The notes under the pieces are model-generated. The model was not told the origin of the DNA, searched no databases, and was given only the letters and a program-made list of their open reading frames with translations. The position numbers and the translations under genes are program-made. Shown here one piece after another: positions 11,674-21,636 of a DNA stretch of 54,951 bases; position 1 is the stretch's first letter, and each line of letters starts with the position of its first letter. The stretch is from a virus. Its lineage: Duplodnaviria > Caudoviricetes. Location: IMG/VR virus record IMGVR_UViG_3300047157_000021, positions 1 to 54,951 of that record. One strand, written 5' to 3'.

Positions 11674-11918
11674 CCCCGCTAACGCCAGAGCAACTAGAAG
11701 CTATGATGGATAGAGCCGCTAAGAAGGGTGCTAGGCAAGCCTTGTGTGACTTAGGATTGGCTGACTTAGATGCAGCTACTGATATTAGAGAATTACGTAG
11801 TCTATTAGACTCATGGCGTGACACAAAGAAAAGTATATGGAAAACACTCATACAATTAGGTACAGTTGCAGTACTGACATTTATAGCTACTGCTGTGTGG
11901 ATGCAAGTAGGAAAATAA
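11670..11918 (+). CDS. Small membrane protein, DUF6127-like
   Basis: RAAKKGARQAL.DLGL...AATDIRELRSLLDSWR plus C-terminal TM segment. Confidence 0.65.
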   Translation: MTPLTPEQLEAMMDRAAKKGARQALCDLGLADLDAATDIRELRSLLDSWRDTKKSIWKTLIQLGTVAVLTFIATAVWMQVGK

Positions 11919-12386
11919 ATGATTGAAGTACTAGCACTTGCTGGCGCAGTAACTAAGATAGCAGGTGCAGTTAGCTCTGCAGTTAAGGCTGGTGGTGATG
12001 TAGCTGATTTACTACCTCACTTTGGTAGACTAGCAAAACTTGATTCTGAAATACAGCTTGCTGAAAAGGGTAAACACAAAGGCCCACTAGGTAGACTGTC
12101 TTCATCTGAAGAAGAAGGGTTTGCTATCGCCCAAGCTAAGATGAAACACAAAGAAGCAATGGATGAATTGCGTTCAGCGTGTCAGTTATATGGACCACCA
12201 GGAATGTGGGATTTAGTAGTCAAGGAGCAAGCTGCTGCTAGACAACGCCACAAAGAGGCATTAGAGAAACAGGCTGCAGCTAGAGATAGATTATTTTGGG
12301 GTTTATCCTTGACAGCAGGTGTATTAGTATTTATAATAGGCTTGGCCGCTATGACTTGGGGATTAAACGAAGTAGTAAATGGATAA
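11919..12386 (+). CDS. Hypothetical protein with C-terminal TM helix
   Basis: Abuts the previous gene; hydrophobic C-terminus. Confidence 0.6.
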   Translation: MIEVLALAGAVTKIAGAVSSAVKAGGDVADLLPHFGRLAKLDSEIQLAEKGKHKGPLGRLSSSEEEGFAIAQAKMKHKEAMDELRSACQLYGPPGMWDLVVKEQAAARQRHKEALEKQAAARDRLFWGLSLTAGVLVFIIGLAAMTWGLNEVVNG

Positions 12387-12401
12387 TAAGGAAGTAACAC
12401 A

Positions 12402-14633
12402 ATGATGCAGTTTAAAGGATTTAAGCCAGAGGCAATGAAACGTATTGCGGGTTCACTTGGTTATCAAGGTGATATGGATAAGTTTGATCAGTACTTACAG
12501 AGTAACCCCAGTGCTATGCAAAAAATGGATACTTACAGAAAGTCTGCTATGAAAATGGCAAGTGGAGGTTATGTACAAAACTATCGCGCTGGTGGTGCTA
12601 TACCTGCAAATCCTACAGGAGTATTAAATTCTGCATATAACTTAATGTCAGAAGAAGCAAAGGCTGCTGCTAGTGTACCGACTTCTAACATATTTCAACC
12701 TTTAAATGCTAGTTTACCAAATACGGGTATGGTTCTTGAAGACCCAAACGCTTCTTTATATCAAAGACCCCTTCAAAGACCTGGATCTGAGAATCTTGTT
12801 GTTAATCCTGATGAAAAACTATTGAGTGCTGGCATGGTAGCTTTAGGGCAAGACCCCATTAAAACTTCAGCTTCTACACCAGCCTCCCCACCTACTACTA
12901 CACCACCAGAAGATGAACCAGAAAATAAACCAGAAGATAAACCAAAAGGTAAGTCTGCTGCAGAAGTTACTATTGAAAGATTACAAGATCCTACGGGATC
13001 AATGCCAGAAGGTACAACTGTAGAAGCTACTAAGATAGAAACATCAGATGATCAAATCGTAGATGATACTGCTGGTCAGGTTGGTGAAGCTAAAACAGGA
13101 ACTACTACAGAGGCTACTACAACAGATGCAACTGCTCCTGAAGCAAAGGCTGCGGCGACAGTGGAAGCTGAAACAACTAAGGATGATGTTGATGCCGCTG
13201 CTAAAGTAGACGTAGCTAAAGGTGAAGTGTCAGATAAAGCTCAGGTAGAAGCTGCTCAAGAAACAGAAAGTTCCGTATCTGATTTAGAAGCTGCTCAAGG
13301 CAAAGCTATTTTAATGAAGAATCCTGTACAACGTGAGATACAGGACGGTGAAATTATATCAGGGGCAGCTAATGCACAAAAGGCTGCTAAGTTTACAGAA
13401 GAAGTACAAGCAGCAACAGCTACACCTTCTGAAAAAGCTACAGTACAAGGACAGCTAGGCGAGCTAACAAAAGACTTTGATGCCAACAATCCTCCTGCAT
13501 GGGCAGCGGGTGCACTACGTGGTGTCATGTCTAAAATGGCATCTCGTGGTATATCTGCATCTAGTATGGCAGGTCAGGCTATGGTTCAAGCTGCAATGGA
13601 AAGTGCGCTACCTATTGCACAAGCTGATGCATCTACATTTGCAAAGTTTGAAGCTCAAAACTTATCGAACCGCCAGCAACGTGCTATGCTCGCAGCGCAA
13701 CAACGTGCACAGTTTATGGGCCAAGAGTTTGATCAAGCATTCCAAGCTCGTGTAATGAATGCATCTAAAATATCTGACGTAGCTAACATGAATTTTACAG
13801 CAGAGCAAACGGTAGCCCTTGAAAATAGTCGTATCGCTAACACGATGAACATGGCTAATTTAAATAATAGACAAGCTATGGTTATGGCTGAAGCTGCTGC
13901 GTTATCTAACTTAGATATGGCTAACCTTAGCAATCGTCAACAAGCTGCTGTGCAAAACGCACAGAACTTTATGTCTATGGATATGGCTAACCTTTCTAAT
14001 CAGCAAGCTGCTAATATGTTTGCTGCTCAGTCTAGGGTACAGAGTATGTTTACAGATGCTGCCGCACGTAACGCTGCTAATGCATTTAATGCAACATCAG
14101 AAAACCAGACTAATCAATTTTATGATAGCTTAAGTGCACAAGTAAGTCAGTTCAATGCTTCTCAAAGTAATGCAATGTCACAATATAATGCTGGTCAAAA
14201 GAATGCTATGTCTCAGTTTAACGCTAATGTTCAAAATCAACGTGAGCAATTCAATGCTAATAACAGATTAGTAGTAGATCAATTTAATGCTAACTGGCGC
14301 AGACAAGTTGCTACAGTAGATAATGCTACTGTAAATAGAGTGAACGAATTAAACGCAAAAAATGCTTTAGATGTATCCAATACTGCCTACAATAATTTGT
14401 TTAGCTTCTATAGTGACACAATGAAGTGGGCATTTGATTCCTCTGAAAATGAAAAGGATCGAATTGCAAATATGACTATGGAAGAAATGCGTCAAAAGGG
14501 ATATAAAGATCGTGCTAATGATTCTAATAATTCCTCTTGGTGGAGCGCAGCAGGTAACCTAGTAGGTAATCTTTTAATGGCAGATTCAGATTCTGTAGTA
14601 GGAACTTGGATGGGCTATAACGAAGGGGGTTAA
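12402..14633 (+). CDS. Putative internal virion (ejection) protein
   Basis: Q/N/A/M-rich helical repeats (NLSNRQQAA); position after tail genes. Confidence 0.6.
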   Translation: MMQFKGFKPEAMKRIAGSLGYQGDMDKFDQYLQSNPSAMQKMDTYRKSAMKMASGGYVQNYRAGGAIPANPTGVLNSAYNLMSEEAKAAASVPTSNIFQPLNASLPNTGMVLEDPNASLYQRPLQRPGSENLVVNPDEKLLSAGMVALGQDPIKTSASTPASPPTTTPPEDEPENKPEDKPKGKSAAEVTIERLQDPTGSMPEGTTVEATKIETSDDQIVDDTAGQVGEAKTGTTTEATTTDATAPEAKAAATVEAETTKDDVDAAAKVDVAKGEVSDKAQVEAAQETESSVSDLEAAQGKAILMKNPVQREIQDGEIISGAANAQKAAKFTEEVQAATATPSEKATVQGQLGELTKDFDANNPPAWAAGALRGVMSKMASRGISASSMAGQAMVQAAMESALPIAQADASTFAKFEAQNLSNRQQRAMLAAQQRAQFMGQEFDQAFQARVMNASKISDVANMNFTAEQTVALENSRIANTMNMANLNNRQAMVMAEAAALSNLDMANLSNRQQAAVQNAQNFMSMDMANLSNQQAANMFAAQSRVQSMFTDAAARNAANAFNATSENQTNQFYDSLSAQVSQFNASQSNAMSQYNAGQKNAMSQFNANVQNQREQFNANNRLVVDQFNANWRRQVATVDNATVNRVNELNAKNALDVSNTAYNNLFSFYSDTMKWAFDSSENEKDRIANMTMEEMRQKGYKDRANDSNNSSWWSAAGNLVGNLLMADSDSVVGTWMGYNEGG

Positions 14634-14635
14634 TA

Positions 14636-14848
14636 ATGAGCTATAATAATCATAGAACAGCGTATTTAAATGTACTGCGTAAAGCACAGGCTAAAAAAGT
14701 AGCTACAGGAACTACATCAGAAAAGGGTGGACTGTTACGTAGAACAATGAAACCAGAAGAAACTGAGGCTACTAAAGATCCTAGTGAAATGGTTGTTGAA
14801 TATGTACGTGAAATTAACATGGCAAGAAAGGCACTAGCAGATGGATAA
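14636..14848 (+). CDS. Hypothetical protein
   Basis: Tightly packed ORF in operon. Confidence 0.6.
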   Translation: MSYNNHRTAYLNVLRKAQAKKVATGTTSEKGGLLRRTMKPEETEATKDPSEMVVEYVREINMARKALADG

Positions 14849-15353
14849 GGGGCCAAGCTTTGACGCACCTGTAGGTGGGCAGGGAATAGTAGCTGAGATG
14901 GGCAGTATGCCTTGGCAGCAACCAGCTAAGTATGATACAATAGATGAAGCGTTGGAGTTCTATTCTTCTCGTTTGTTAGAACCACAGTTTCAAGATCAAC
15001 TTCTTGATGTTATGGAACTAGGTACGCCACTCGCTGCGCTATCAAACTCACTTCAACTAGGCGGTGTAATGCAGGGGCTGCACACACTAGACGTGGGTAT
15101 ACTTATACAACCAGTCCTACTAGAAATGCTTGCTTTTGTAGGCGATAAAAATGGTGTTAAATACGACATGGGATTGCGTGATCCCGACATTGATCCTGAT
15201 AAGTTTCCAGATTCCAAGATTGCTCTGGCAGTAAAACGTGCTAGAAAAAACATGAAGGAAGATGATGAGGTAGAGCAGGGTGAGGAAGAAAACGTAGAAG
15301 CTGTTGCAGAGAATGTAGTAGACAGCGTAAAAGGTTTAATGGCTAGGAGATAA
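14841..15353 (+). CDS. Hypothetical protein (internal virion cluster)
   Basis: Overlapping start, co-oriented. Confidence 0.65.
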   Translation: MDKGPSFDAPVGGQGIVAEMGSMPWQQPAKYDTIDEALEFYSSRLLEPQFQDQLLDVMELGTPLAALSNSLQLGGVMQGLHTLDVGILIQPVLLEMLAFVGDKNGVKYDMGLRDPDIDPDKFPDSKIALAVKRARKNMKEDDEVEQGEEENVEAVAENVVDSVKGLMARR

Positions 15354-15355
15354 CA

Positions 15356-16543
15356 ATGGCGTTTAATGCAGGTGCATTCATAGGTGGCTTTTCACAGGCC
15401 GTATCAGCACGTATACAGGAAAGCAACAAAGAAGCTGCACGTATGCGTGAGGAAGAGCGTCTTGAACAAAGATCTATAGACAGAGAAGCTCGTGCTGCAC
15501 AAAGAGAAGATGAGAAGTTAGCACGTGAACGTGAGCGTGAACTTATAGATCTAACACAAAGCCTTGCGCTACACTATGATGAAGCACAAATGACTAGTAT
15601 ACTTAAGACAGGTAAAGCTGGCGCTAAGTATGCGCTGGAACAGGCAAACGCATATAGAGCAGAAGACCTAGATCCTAGAACTATGTATGATTTAAAAGAA
15701 TTTGAAATTGAAAGAGCAGAGGTTGCTCCTGTAGCTACATCACTACGTACTGAAGCAGAAGCTGGACCTGCAGTTAAGCAGGGTGATGCTATTCCTTTTG
15801 CTTCTAGGTTTAAAAGTTTACCTACTAAAGTTCGTACTAAAGCAAAAACATTTGAAGCTAGACTAGTTGAACTATCTGACAGAATGGCTAGTGCTGAAGA
15901 CGCGGAATCTAAAGAACGTTATAAAGAACAATATGCTAAGGTAACAGAACAGTATGTAGCTTTCAAAAAAGAAAATAAAGTACCTGATGACTTATCTATT
16001 CCTGATCGTAATAGCTTACTTAAAAATACTTTAAACAGAAAGTTAAGTGGCGTTCCTAGTGTATCTTTTGGTCTTGATGGCACCCCTACATATGTTGAGG
16101 GTGACGCACTTCTAGTTGCAAGGGCACATCAAGTAGCATATGAGGAGCTAATGGAACTTAACGATGTGGCTGAATGGAAAGATAATAGAGAAATGTTAGT
16201 TCAAATACAAGGTATAGGAGAAACAGCAAGAGAAATTTTTGGTACTAAAATTAATCCTGCTTTAGCGGATTACAGAGTTGCACTTGCAGGCGCAGAAAAT
16301 GAGGCACTAAAAAATGAAATTAGAAAAACAGGTGTTGAAGGCTATGTTCCGTTAAAAAAATATTCTGTAGAGGATGAAGATTCACCCGTCGATTATGCTT
16401 ACGTAGACCCTAACTATATAAGAAATAATGTAAATTTATACAGAGATGGTGACGTAATTGCATACGCCTACAATGGTAATATGTATCATGCAATTAGAGT
16501 TGGGCAAGAAATTATTTATGGACACACTTTTTATAGAAAATAG
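15356..16543 (+). CDS. Putative internal virion protein
   Basis: MAFNAGAFIGGF N-terminus followed by charged coiled coil. Confidence 0.55.
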   Translation: MAFNAGAFIGGFSQAVSARIQESNKEAARMREEERLEQRSIDREARAAQREDEKLARERERELIDLTQSLALHYDEAQMTSILKTGKAGAKYALEQANAYRAEDLDPRTMYDLKEFEIERAEVAPVATSLRTEAEAGPAVKQGDAIPFASRFKSLPTKVRTKAKTFEARLVELSDRMASAEDAESKERYKEQYAKVTEQYVAFKKENKVPDDLSIPDRNSLLKNTLNRKLSGVPSVSFGLDGTPTYVEGDALLVARAHQVAYEELMELNDVAEWKDNREMLVQIQGIGETAREIFGTKINPALADYRVALAGAENEALKNEIRKTGVEGYVPLKKYSVEDEDSPVDYAYVDPNYIRNNVNLYRDGDVIAYAYNGNMYHAIRVGQEIIYGHTFYRK

Positions 16544-16557
16544 TAGGGAATATAACT

Positions 16558-19500
16558 TTGGATATGAATAGCAATTATACTTTACCTCCATTAGATGATC
16601 TACTTAGTGTAGACGAGGAGGAGAAAGATAATAAAATAGATATGTTTCCTGATGTAGCAGATACTGCTATACAAGAAAACACTGGCCTTTCAGAAAGCAC
16701 TAATGAGGATGCAGACTCAGTGCTAGAAGATCCTGTTGCGCCTTCTCTTACTGAGGACACACTAACTACATATGAACCACAAGAGCTACTATCACTAGAT
16801 GACATACCATCTGTTGATGATGTACCTTCTACAGATATACCAGTAGATACTGAGGTACTTGACCCACGTGTAGATGCTTTAATGAATGATGACTTTGATT
16901 TTGCTGAAGAAAATATTGATAACATTTATAATGAAGCAGTTAAGATCTGGGAAAGAGAACGTGCGTTAAAGGATGGCAGATATTATAAAGTAGAAGTAGA
17001 AGATATTACTAATATACAATTAGGTGACGATGTAAGGAAACCTACACGCGAAGAAGCTTTACGTGATTACATGATAGAACGTGAAGATCGTGCCTACATG
17101 GTAAACGACATGCTACAGGGTGATAATCCTATACGTAAAGAGTTGGCGTCTACATTAGTAGACCAAGGTTACTCACCTTTAACTATTACATACATAATCG
17201 AAGGTGCAGAGTGGTCACCCTTTTTAGGTGCTGCTTTAGGTATTGCTGACATACCTGAAAATGTAGCCAACGCAAGACAGGCTTATGAAGACGGTGAGTA
17301 TGGTGTTATGGCTGCTAATCTTGGTATCAGTGCAGCAGAACTTGCCTTTACTATTACAGGAACTAAACAACTAGCACAGCCCATAGTTGGTGCACTAAAA
17401 AATAAAACACTTGGCGCTCGCCGCATGGCGAAAATAAATGAGGCCACAGACGCAGAGTTACGTGTAAAAGCAGAAGCCGCTAAAAAAGTAGCAGATGAAA
17501 ATCAAGATATTGCAGAGCAGATTATAACTGAGTACGAAGAAACTATGGTAGATGCTACTGGCAAGCAGGTAACTGTGTCTACTGTAGTAGATGGTAGAAA
17601 GGTTATGGATTTTGAGGCTGCTAAGGAACATGGGCGTACTGTAGCTGAAGATGTTAAAGCTATGCAGGATCTACGTGCCGCTGAGTTTGCTAAAAGTTCT
17701 ACAGAAGCTAATGCTAAATGGGGTGTTGGTGAAGTAGAAGCATTTAGTGGGTTGACAGAAGAGGTAGATGAATTAGTAACACCATTACTTAACGCTGAAA
17801 AGTTTAATGCTATTGTAGCTATCGCATCTGACTTAAAGAAAACAAACCCGTCAGCATTCTCTAAAGATAAAACTATTATTGAAAGTCTATTCGATTTAAC
17901 TACAGATAATAAAATAGGGTTTAAAGACTCTCAAGAATTAGCTGACATGTTAAATAAATATGGACTAAGTTTTGATGACTACGTAAACATGGTCGTTACT
18001 GGTGGCTCAGAGGCAGGTAAGATATTACAGAAACTATCTCAAATACGTAGAGCAGGTTCTGTAGATGATCTTAGGGCTATGAAGGAAAAGCTTCGCCAAG
18101 AGGGTCAGAATGATATACTTAAAACGTGGCGGCGTATAGAAAACTTACGGCGCGGTGGTATGGTATCTATGGTTAAGACTGCCTTTCGTAACGCAGGTTC
18201 GTTTGCCATTCGCGCACCATTAGAAACTCTTGAAAATGTTTCTGATTCTATTATGTATGAAATGAGTCAGAAGTTTCAAAAAAGAAATGATATAGGTTAC
18301 AGAAAAGCTGTTATGCAAGCTACATGGGCAGGAGCTAAAACAGCTATCAGTCCTAAGCAATGGTACAACAGCACTAAAATGTTACAGCGCGTGGTTGCTA
18401 ACCCCGTTATGGCAAGAGATGTAACTGACTTTATACTTAAGCGTCCTGAGTTTATAGACAAACATAAAAACTTGTTTGACATGGTAAATGAGTATCAGGT
18501 AGCAACAGGTAGAGGTGAAGGTGGTGCAGTTGACGCCACACTTACAAAGTTAGAAGACGTAGTTAATGTCTTAAACACACCAAACAGAATACAAGAATTT
18601 ACTATTCGTAGGGCTGCTTTTATGGGTGAGCTTGAGCGTCTAGTAAGTAGACACTACGACAAGAGCTTAATGACTATGCTAGAAGAAGGTAAGATAGGTG
18701 ATCTTATCGCAAATGCATCTAGCGTAAGACCTAAAGGCGCACCTACATTTGAACAGCTTATAGAAGACAGTACTAAAAAAGCACTGGACATTACCTATGC
18801 TAGTCCACCTGAGATAACTGCACTGGCAGATCTTAGTAACTGGCTTACTCGTAATGGTTTGACTGCTGTAACTACACCTTTCCCACGTTTTATGTTTAAG
18901 TCTATGGAACTTATGGGTCAGTATGGTGGCGGTGCACTTAACGTAGGCATACGTAAGGCATTCAATGTTAATGGTAAAAAGTGGGGTGATGCCTTAGATG
19001 CTAAGGACAGGCAGCTAATAGGGCGCAACTTAACTGGTTGGTCTGCTATATACGCAGCTTATCAATATCGTATCTCTGAGGGGTCACCCGCTGACCACAA
19101 AGAAATGGTTACAGACGAAGGTAAAGTCTGGGATACTACCTCATTCTTTCCCTTACGTCAGGCTATGTGGATTGGTGAAGCTATTAAGCGTGGGATGTGG
19201 ACCCCTTTTGGTACAAGGGATGAGGGTGAGTCTGCTAAAACTCTAGCTGAGTGGATAGACGTTAAAGAAGTACAGGAAGTATTTTTAGGTACTGCTGCTA
19301 GAACAGGTACTGCAAATATATACGTAGAAGAAATAACAAATATTATTGCAGACTCTGGCGATCCTGCTAGTAGTGAGTCGTTTAAAAAATTACTATCACG
19401 AAACCTAGCTAACTATCTACGCACATGGACGATACCTTTAACGCAAGTTCCTGAACTACAAAGGGCTACAGGGTACAGGCCAGCTACATACACTGAGCAA

Positions 19501-20187
19501 GCAGAAGATAGAGACACACTAAACGAAAACTATCTACAAGCTGCTATTTCTGAAACTGCTAGAAGTATGCGTACCGCTGGCGTTAGTAATATTTTTACGC
19601 CATCTAAAGAGTTTGAACGTGAACAGCGTGTAGATGTGTTTACACCTGACAGGCAACGGCTTAACATGGGTCTTGGTTTAGTTGCGGGTGTAACTCAATA
19701 CACTATGGACTCAGATGATGGTGAGTACTTAAAGCGCAAAGGGTTAAGTAAGTGGGAAATGTCTAGTAAATCTAGGATACCATCAAGACAGGCTGTGGAA
19801 AATTTATACCTACAAAAATACTTACCTAAGATTATTGATGGTGCTAGAAGCTTTGAAACTATTTTACGTAAAGATTATTTAAAGGAACCTAGTTTAAAAG
19901 AAGAAGGTATTAGCATAGATAAGTATGTAAATCAAAGAATAGTTCCTTATTTAAACAAACAAAAAGGTGCTTTACTTAAAGCGTCAGAAAGTGTTAGTGC
20001 TAAGGATACGGATAAACTACTTGTTGCTCACGAAGACTATAGAAGGATGGGTAAAAAGACTAGAGCGCTGGGCTTTAGTGAATACATCAGAAGGTTTGGT
20101 GAACCGCCCAACATGGCAGAGCTAAAAGACGTATTAAAATTAATAGAAACATCTAAGAAAGCGTCTAGTGCTTTTGGTAGTAAATAA
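16558..20187 (+). CDS. Large internal virion protein (T7 gp16-like position)
   Basis: 1209 aa, last gene of the structural arm; start may be ATG 16564. Confidence 0.6.
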   Translation: MDMNSNYTLPPLDDLLSVDEEEKDNKIDMFPDVADTAIQENTGLSESTNEDADSVLEDPVAPSLTEDTLTTYEPQELLSLDDIPSVDDVPSTDIPVDTEVLDPRVDALMNDDFDFAEENIDNIYNEAVKIWERERALKDGRYYKVEVEDITNIQLGDDVRKPTREEALRDYMIEREDRAYMVNDMLQGDNPIRKELASTLVDQGYSPLTITYIIEGAEWSPFLGAALGIADIPENVANARQAYEDGEYGVMAANLGISAAELAFTITGTKQLAQPIVGALKNKTLGARRMAKINEATDAELRVKAEAAKKVADENQDIAEQIITEYEETMVDATGKQVTVSTVVDGRKVMDFEAAKEHGRTVAEDVKAMQDLRAAEFAKSSTEANAKWGVGEVEAFSGLTEEVDELVTPLLNAEKFNAIVAIASDLKKTNPSAFSKDKTIIESLFDLTTDNKIGFKDSQELADMLNKYGLSFDDYVNMVVTGGSEAGKILQKLSQIRRAGSVDDLRAMKEKLRQEGQNDILKTWRRIENLRRGGMVSMVKTAFRNAGSFAIRAPLETLENVSDSIMYEMSQKFQKRNDIGYRKAVMQATWAGAKTAISPKQWYNSTKMLQRVVANPVMARDVTDFILKRPEFIDKHKNLFDMVNEYQVATGRGEGGAVDATLTKLEDVVNVLNTPNRIQEFTIRRAAFMGELERLVSRHYDKSLMTMLEEGKIGDLIANASSVRPKGAPTFEQLIEDSTKKALDITYASPPEITALADLSNWLTRNGLTAVTTPFPRFMFKSMELMGQYGGGALNVGIRKAFNVNGKKWGDALDAKDRQLIGRNLTGWSAIYAAYQYRISEGSPADHKEMVTDEGKVWDTTSFFPLRQAMWIGEAIKRGMWTPFGTRDEGESAKTLAEWIDVKEVQEVFLGTAARTGTANIYVEEITNIIADSGDPASSESFKKLLSRNLANYLRTWTIPLTQVPELQRATGYRPATYTEQAEDRDTLNENYLQAAISETARSMRTAGVSNIFTPSKEFEREQRVDVFTPDRQRLNMGLGLVAGVTQYTMDSDDGEYLKRKGLSKWEMSSKSRIPSRQAVENLYLQKYLPKIIDGARSFETILRKDYLKEPSLKEEGISIDKYVNQRIVPYLNKQKGALLKASESVSAKDTDKLLVAHEDYRRMGKKTRALGFSEYIRRFGEPPNMAELKDVLKLIETSKKASSAFGSK

Positions 20188-20213
20188 AAGAGGGGGCAAT
20201 TAAGCCCCCTTTA
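20187..20213. terminator. Probably bidirectional intrinsic terminator between the convergent arms
   Basis: AGGGGGC-aattaa-GCCCCCT stem with A-rich left and T-rich right flank. Confidence 0.85.
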
Positions 20214-20215
20214 GT

Positions 20216-20593
20216 TTATCGTGTGTCACCACTACCGCCTAGAGTTCCAGATTGTTTTCGTTGCCCTAGTTTCTTTTCGTTCTGTCCTGCTATCATACCT
20301 AATGACAAGTTCAAATCAGTAGCTAGTGCAGCGCAGTACCAGAGTACATCACCAATCTCACTGGCTATGTCCTCTCGCCATGTGTCAGGACGCTTATCAG
20401 GACCGTCACGTATGAGCTTCTTTACCTTGTTGGCTACTTCACCTGCTTCACCAGCTAACCCTAACGCAGGGTAGAGGATACGATGCTCCTCTGGGTAGAT
20501 GGCAGTTGAACTTGCGTTGCGCTGATACGAATTAAAGTCAGACATGCTGTACTTCTCCTGTAGAAATTTGGTTGCTTCTTCTTTTAGATTCAT
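20216..20593 (-). CDS. mazG: MazG-like nucleotide pyrophosphohydrolase
   Basis: LGLAGEAGEVANKVKK...EIGDVLWY. Confidence 0.9.
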   Translation of the reverse strand: MNLKEEATKFLQEKYSMSDFNSYQRNASSTAIYPEEHRILYPALGLAGEAGEVANKVKKLIRDGPDKRPDTWREDIASEIGDVLWYCAALATDLNLSLGMIAGQNEKKLGQRKQSGTLGGSGDTR

Positions 20594-20795
20594 ATTCCTT
20601 CTGCCGTTTCAATGTTTCAAAATAGGATTTGCTAAACCCTCTCTCCCATTCCCTGTACTGCATTGTGTCTTTATGGAATGGGTTAGTGACACGCCCTGCT
20701 CTGAAGTCTTGTGACCCCTGATTGTACTGGACACGCAATGGTGCATCGTGCTTCCCTAGTCCACGTTGCTTTCTCATGTTTTTATTGTTGCCCAT
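20538..20795 (-). CDS. Hypothetical protein with Rmf/CrpP-like pattern
   Basis: AAGGAG RBS; YNQG..DFRAGR..NPF...EWERGF. Confidence 0.55.
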   Translation of the reverse strand: MGNNKNMRKQRGLGKHDAPLRVQYNQGSQDFRAGRVTNPFHKDTMQYREWERGFSKSYFETLKRQKEYESKRRSNQISTGEVQHV

Positions 20796-20805
20796 TATAC
20801 TCTCC

Positions 20806-21306
20806 TTATGCTGCTTCTTTTAATACATCTATAGGCTTAAGATCACCTATCTTCATTTCGTAGTTATCTCTACGGTATTCGATTTCTCTAGTACCTGCGT
20901 AAAACTTCTCACCCTTACGCTTTAGTACACCATCCTTTACGAACCCGTCACGTTCATACGTACCACACACCCACACCTTAGACAAGTCTTTCTTTACGTT
21001 TGTGAACACAAAGTAATCGCAGCCTTGTTTCTCAGAGTACTTAAAGATCGTAGCTGCATACTCAGGTTTAGGTTTGTAGTTGGTACTCTTAGCTTTTACG
21101 TCTATCTTCTTACCATTGAGAAGGATGTCATAATCATATGTATTATGGATCTCCCCACCCAACAGAGAATGCACTGCCAGTTCTCCTAGAAAGCCAGAAA
21201 GATTGCGCCCACCGTTCATCATTGAACCTTTAAGTTGGCCCATCTCTCTGGCTTTTTTTGTTGCTTCAATAATCATTTCTTCTGTAACTGGTACTTCAAT
21301 AATCAT
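20806..21306 (-). CDS. Hypothetical protein, PD-(D/E)XK nuclease-like
   Basis: GFLGE...YDYD...IDVK motif spacing. Confidence 0.55.
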   Translation of the reverse strand: MIIEVPVTEEMIIEATKKAREMGQLKGSMMNGGRNLSGFLGELAVHSLLGGEIHNTYDYDILLNGKKIDVKAKSTNYKPKPEYAATIFKYSEKQGCDYFVFTNVKKDLSKVWVCGTYERDGFVKDGVLKRKGEKFYAGTREIEYRRDNYEMKIGDLKPIDVLKEAA

Positions 21307-21527
21307 TTTAAATACTCCTTGAGTTCAGTGTACCCACCAATATGTTTTCCATTACTGTCAAATATCTGAGGTACAGTTTTTATGTTTGCTTGTTTTAAAA
21401 GATGCAACAACCACTTGCTGCTGGGGGATTGTATATTGTACTCCACGTAACCAATGCGATCTACATTTAACAACTCCTTAGCCTTGTCACAGAAGATGCA
21501 TTCATTACGTGAAATTACAACATACAT
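21303..21527 (-). CDS. Glutaredoxin
   Basis: CIFC, TVPQIF, HIGGYTEL. Confidence 0.92.
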   Translation of the reverse strand: MYVVISRNECIFCDKAKELLNVDRIGYVEYNIQSPSSKWLLHLLKQANIKTVPQIFDSNGKHIGGYTELKEYLK

Positions 21528-21530
21528 TAG

Positions 21531-21623
21531 TTACAGGAACCCACTGACAAACTCTATTGTAGTTGGGATGATTAGGTCAGCTACTACTACTGCCCCTGCT
21601 AAAAATGTAATTACTTCAAACAT
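21531..21623 (-). CDS. 30-aa hydrophobic peptide (not in ORF track)
   Basis: MFEVITFLAGAVVVADLIIPTTIEFVSGFL; AAGGAG RBS; fills the gap between RNR and glutaredoxin. Confidence 0.65.
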   Translation of the reverse strand: MFEVITFLAGAVVVADLIIPTTIEFVSGFL

Positions 21624-21636
21624 ATTATATCTCCTT

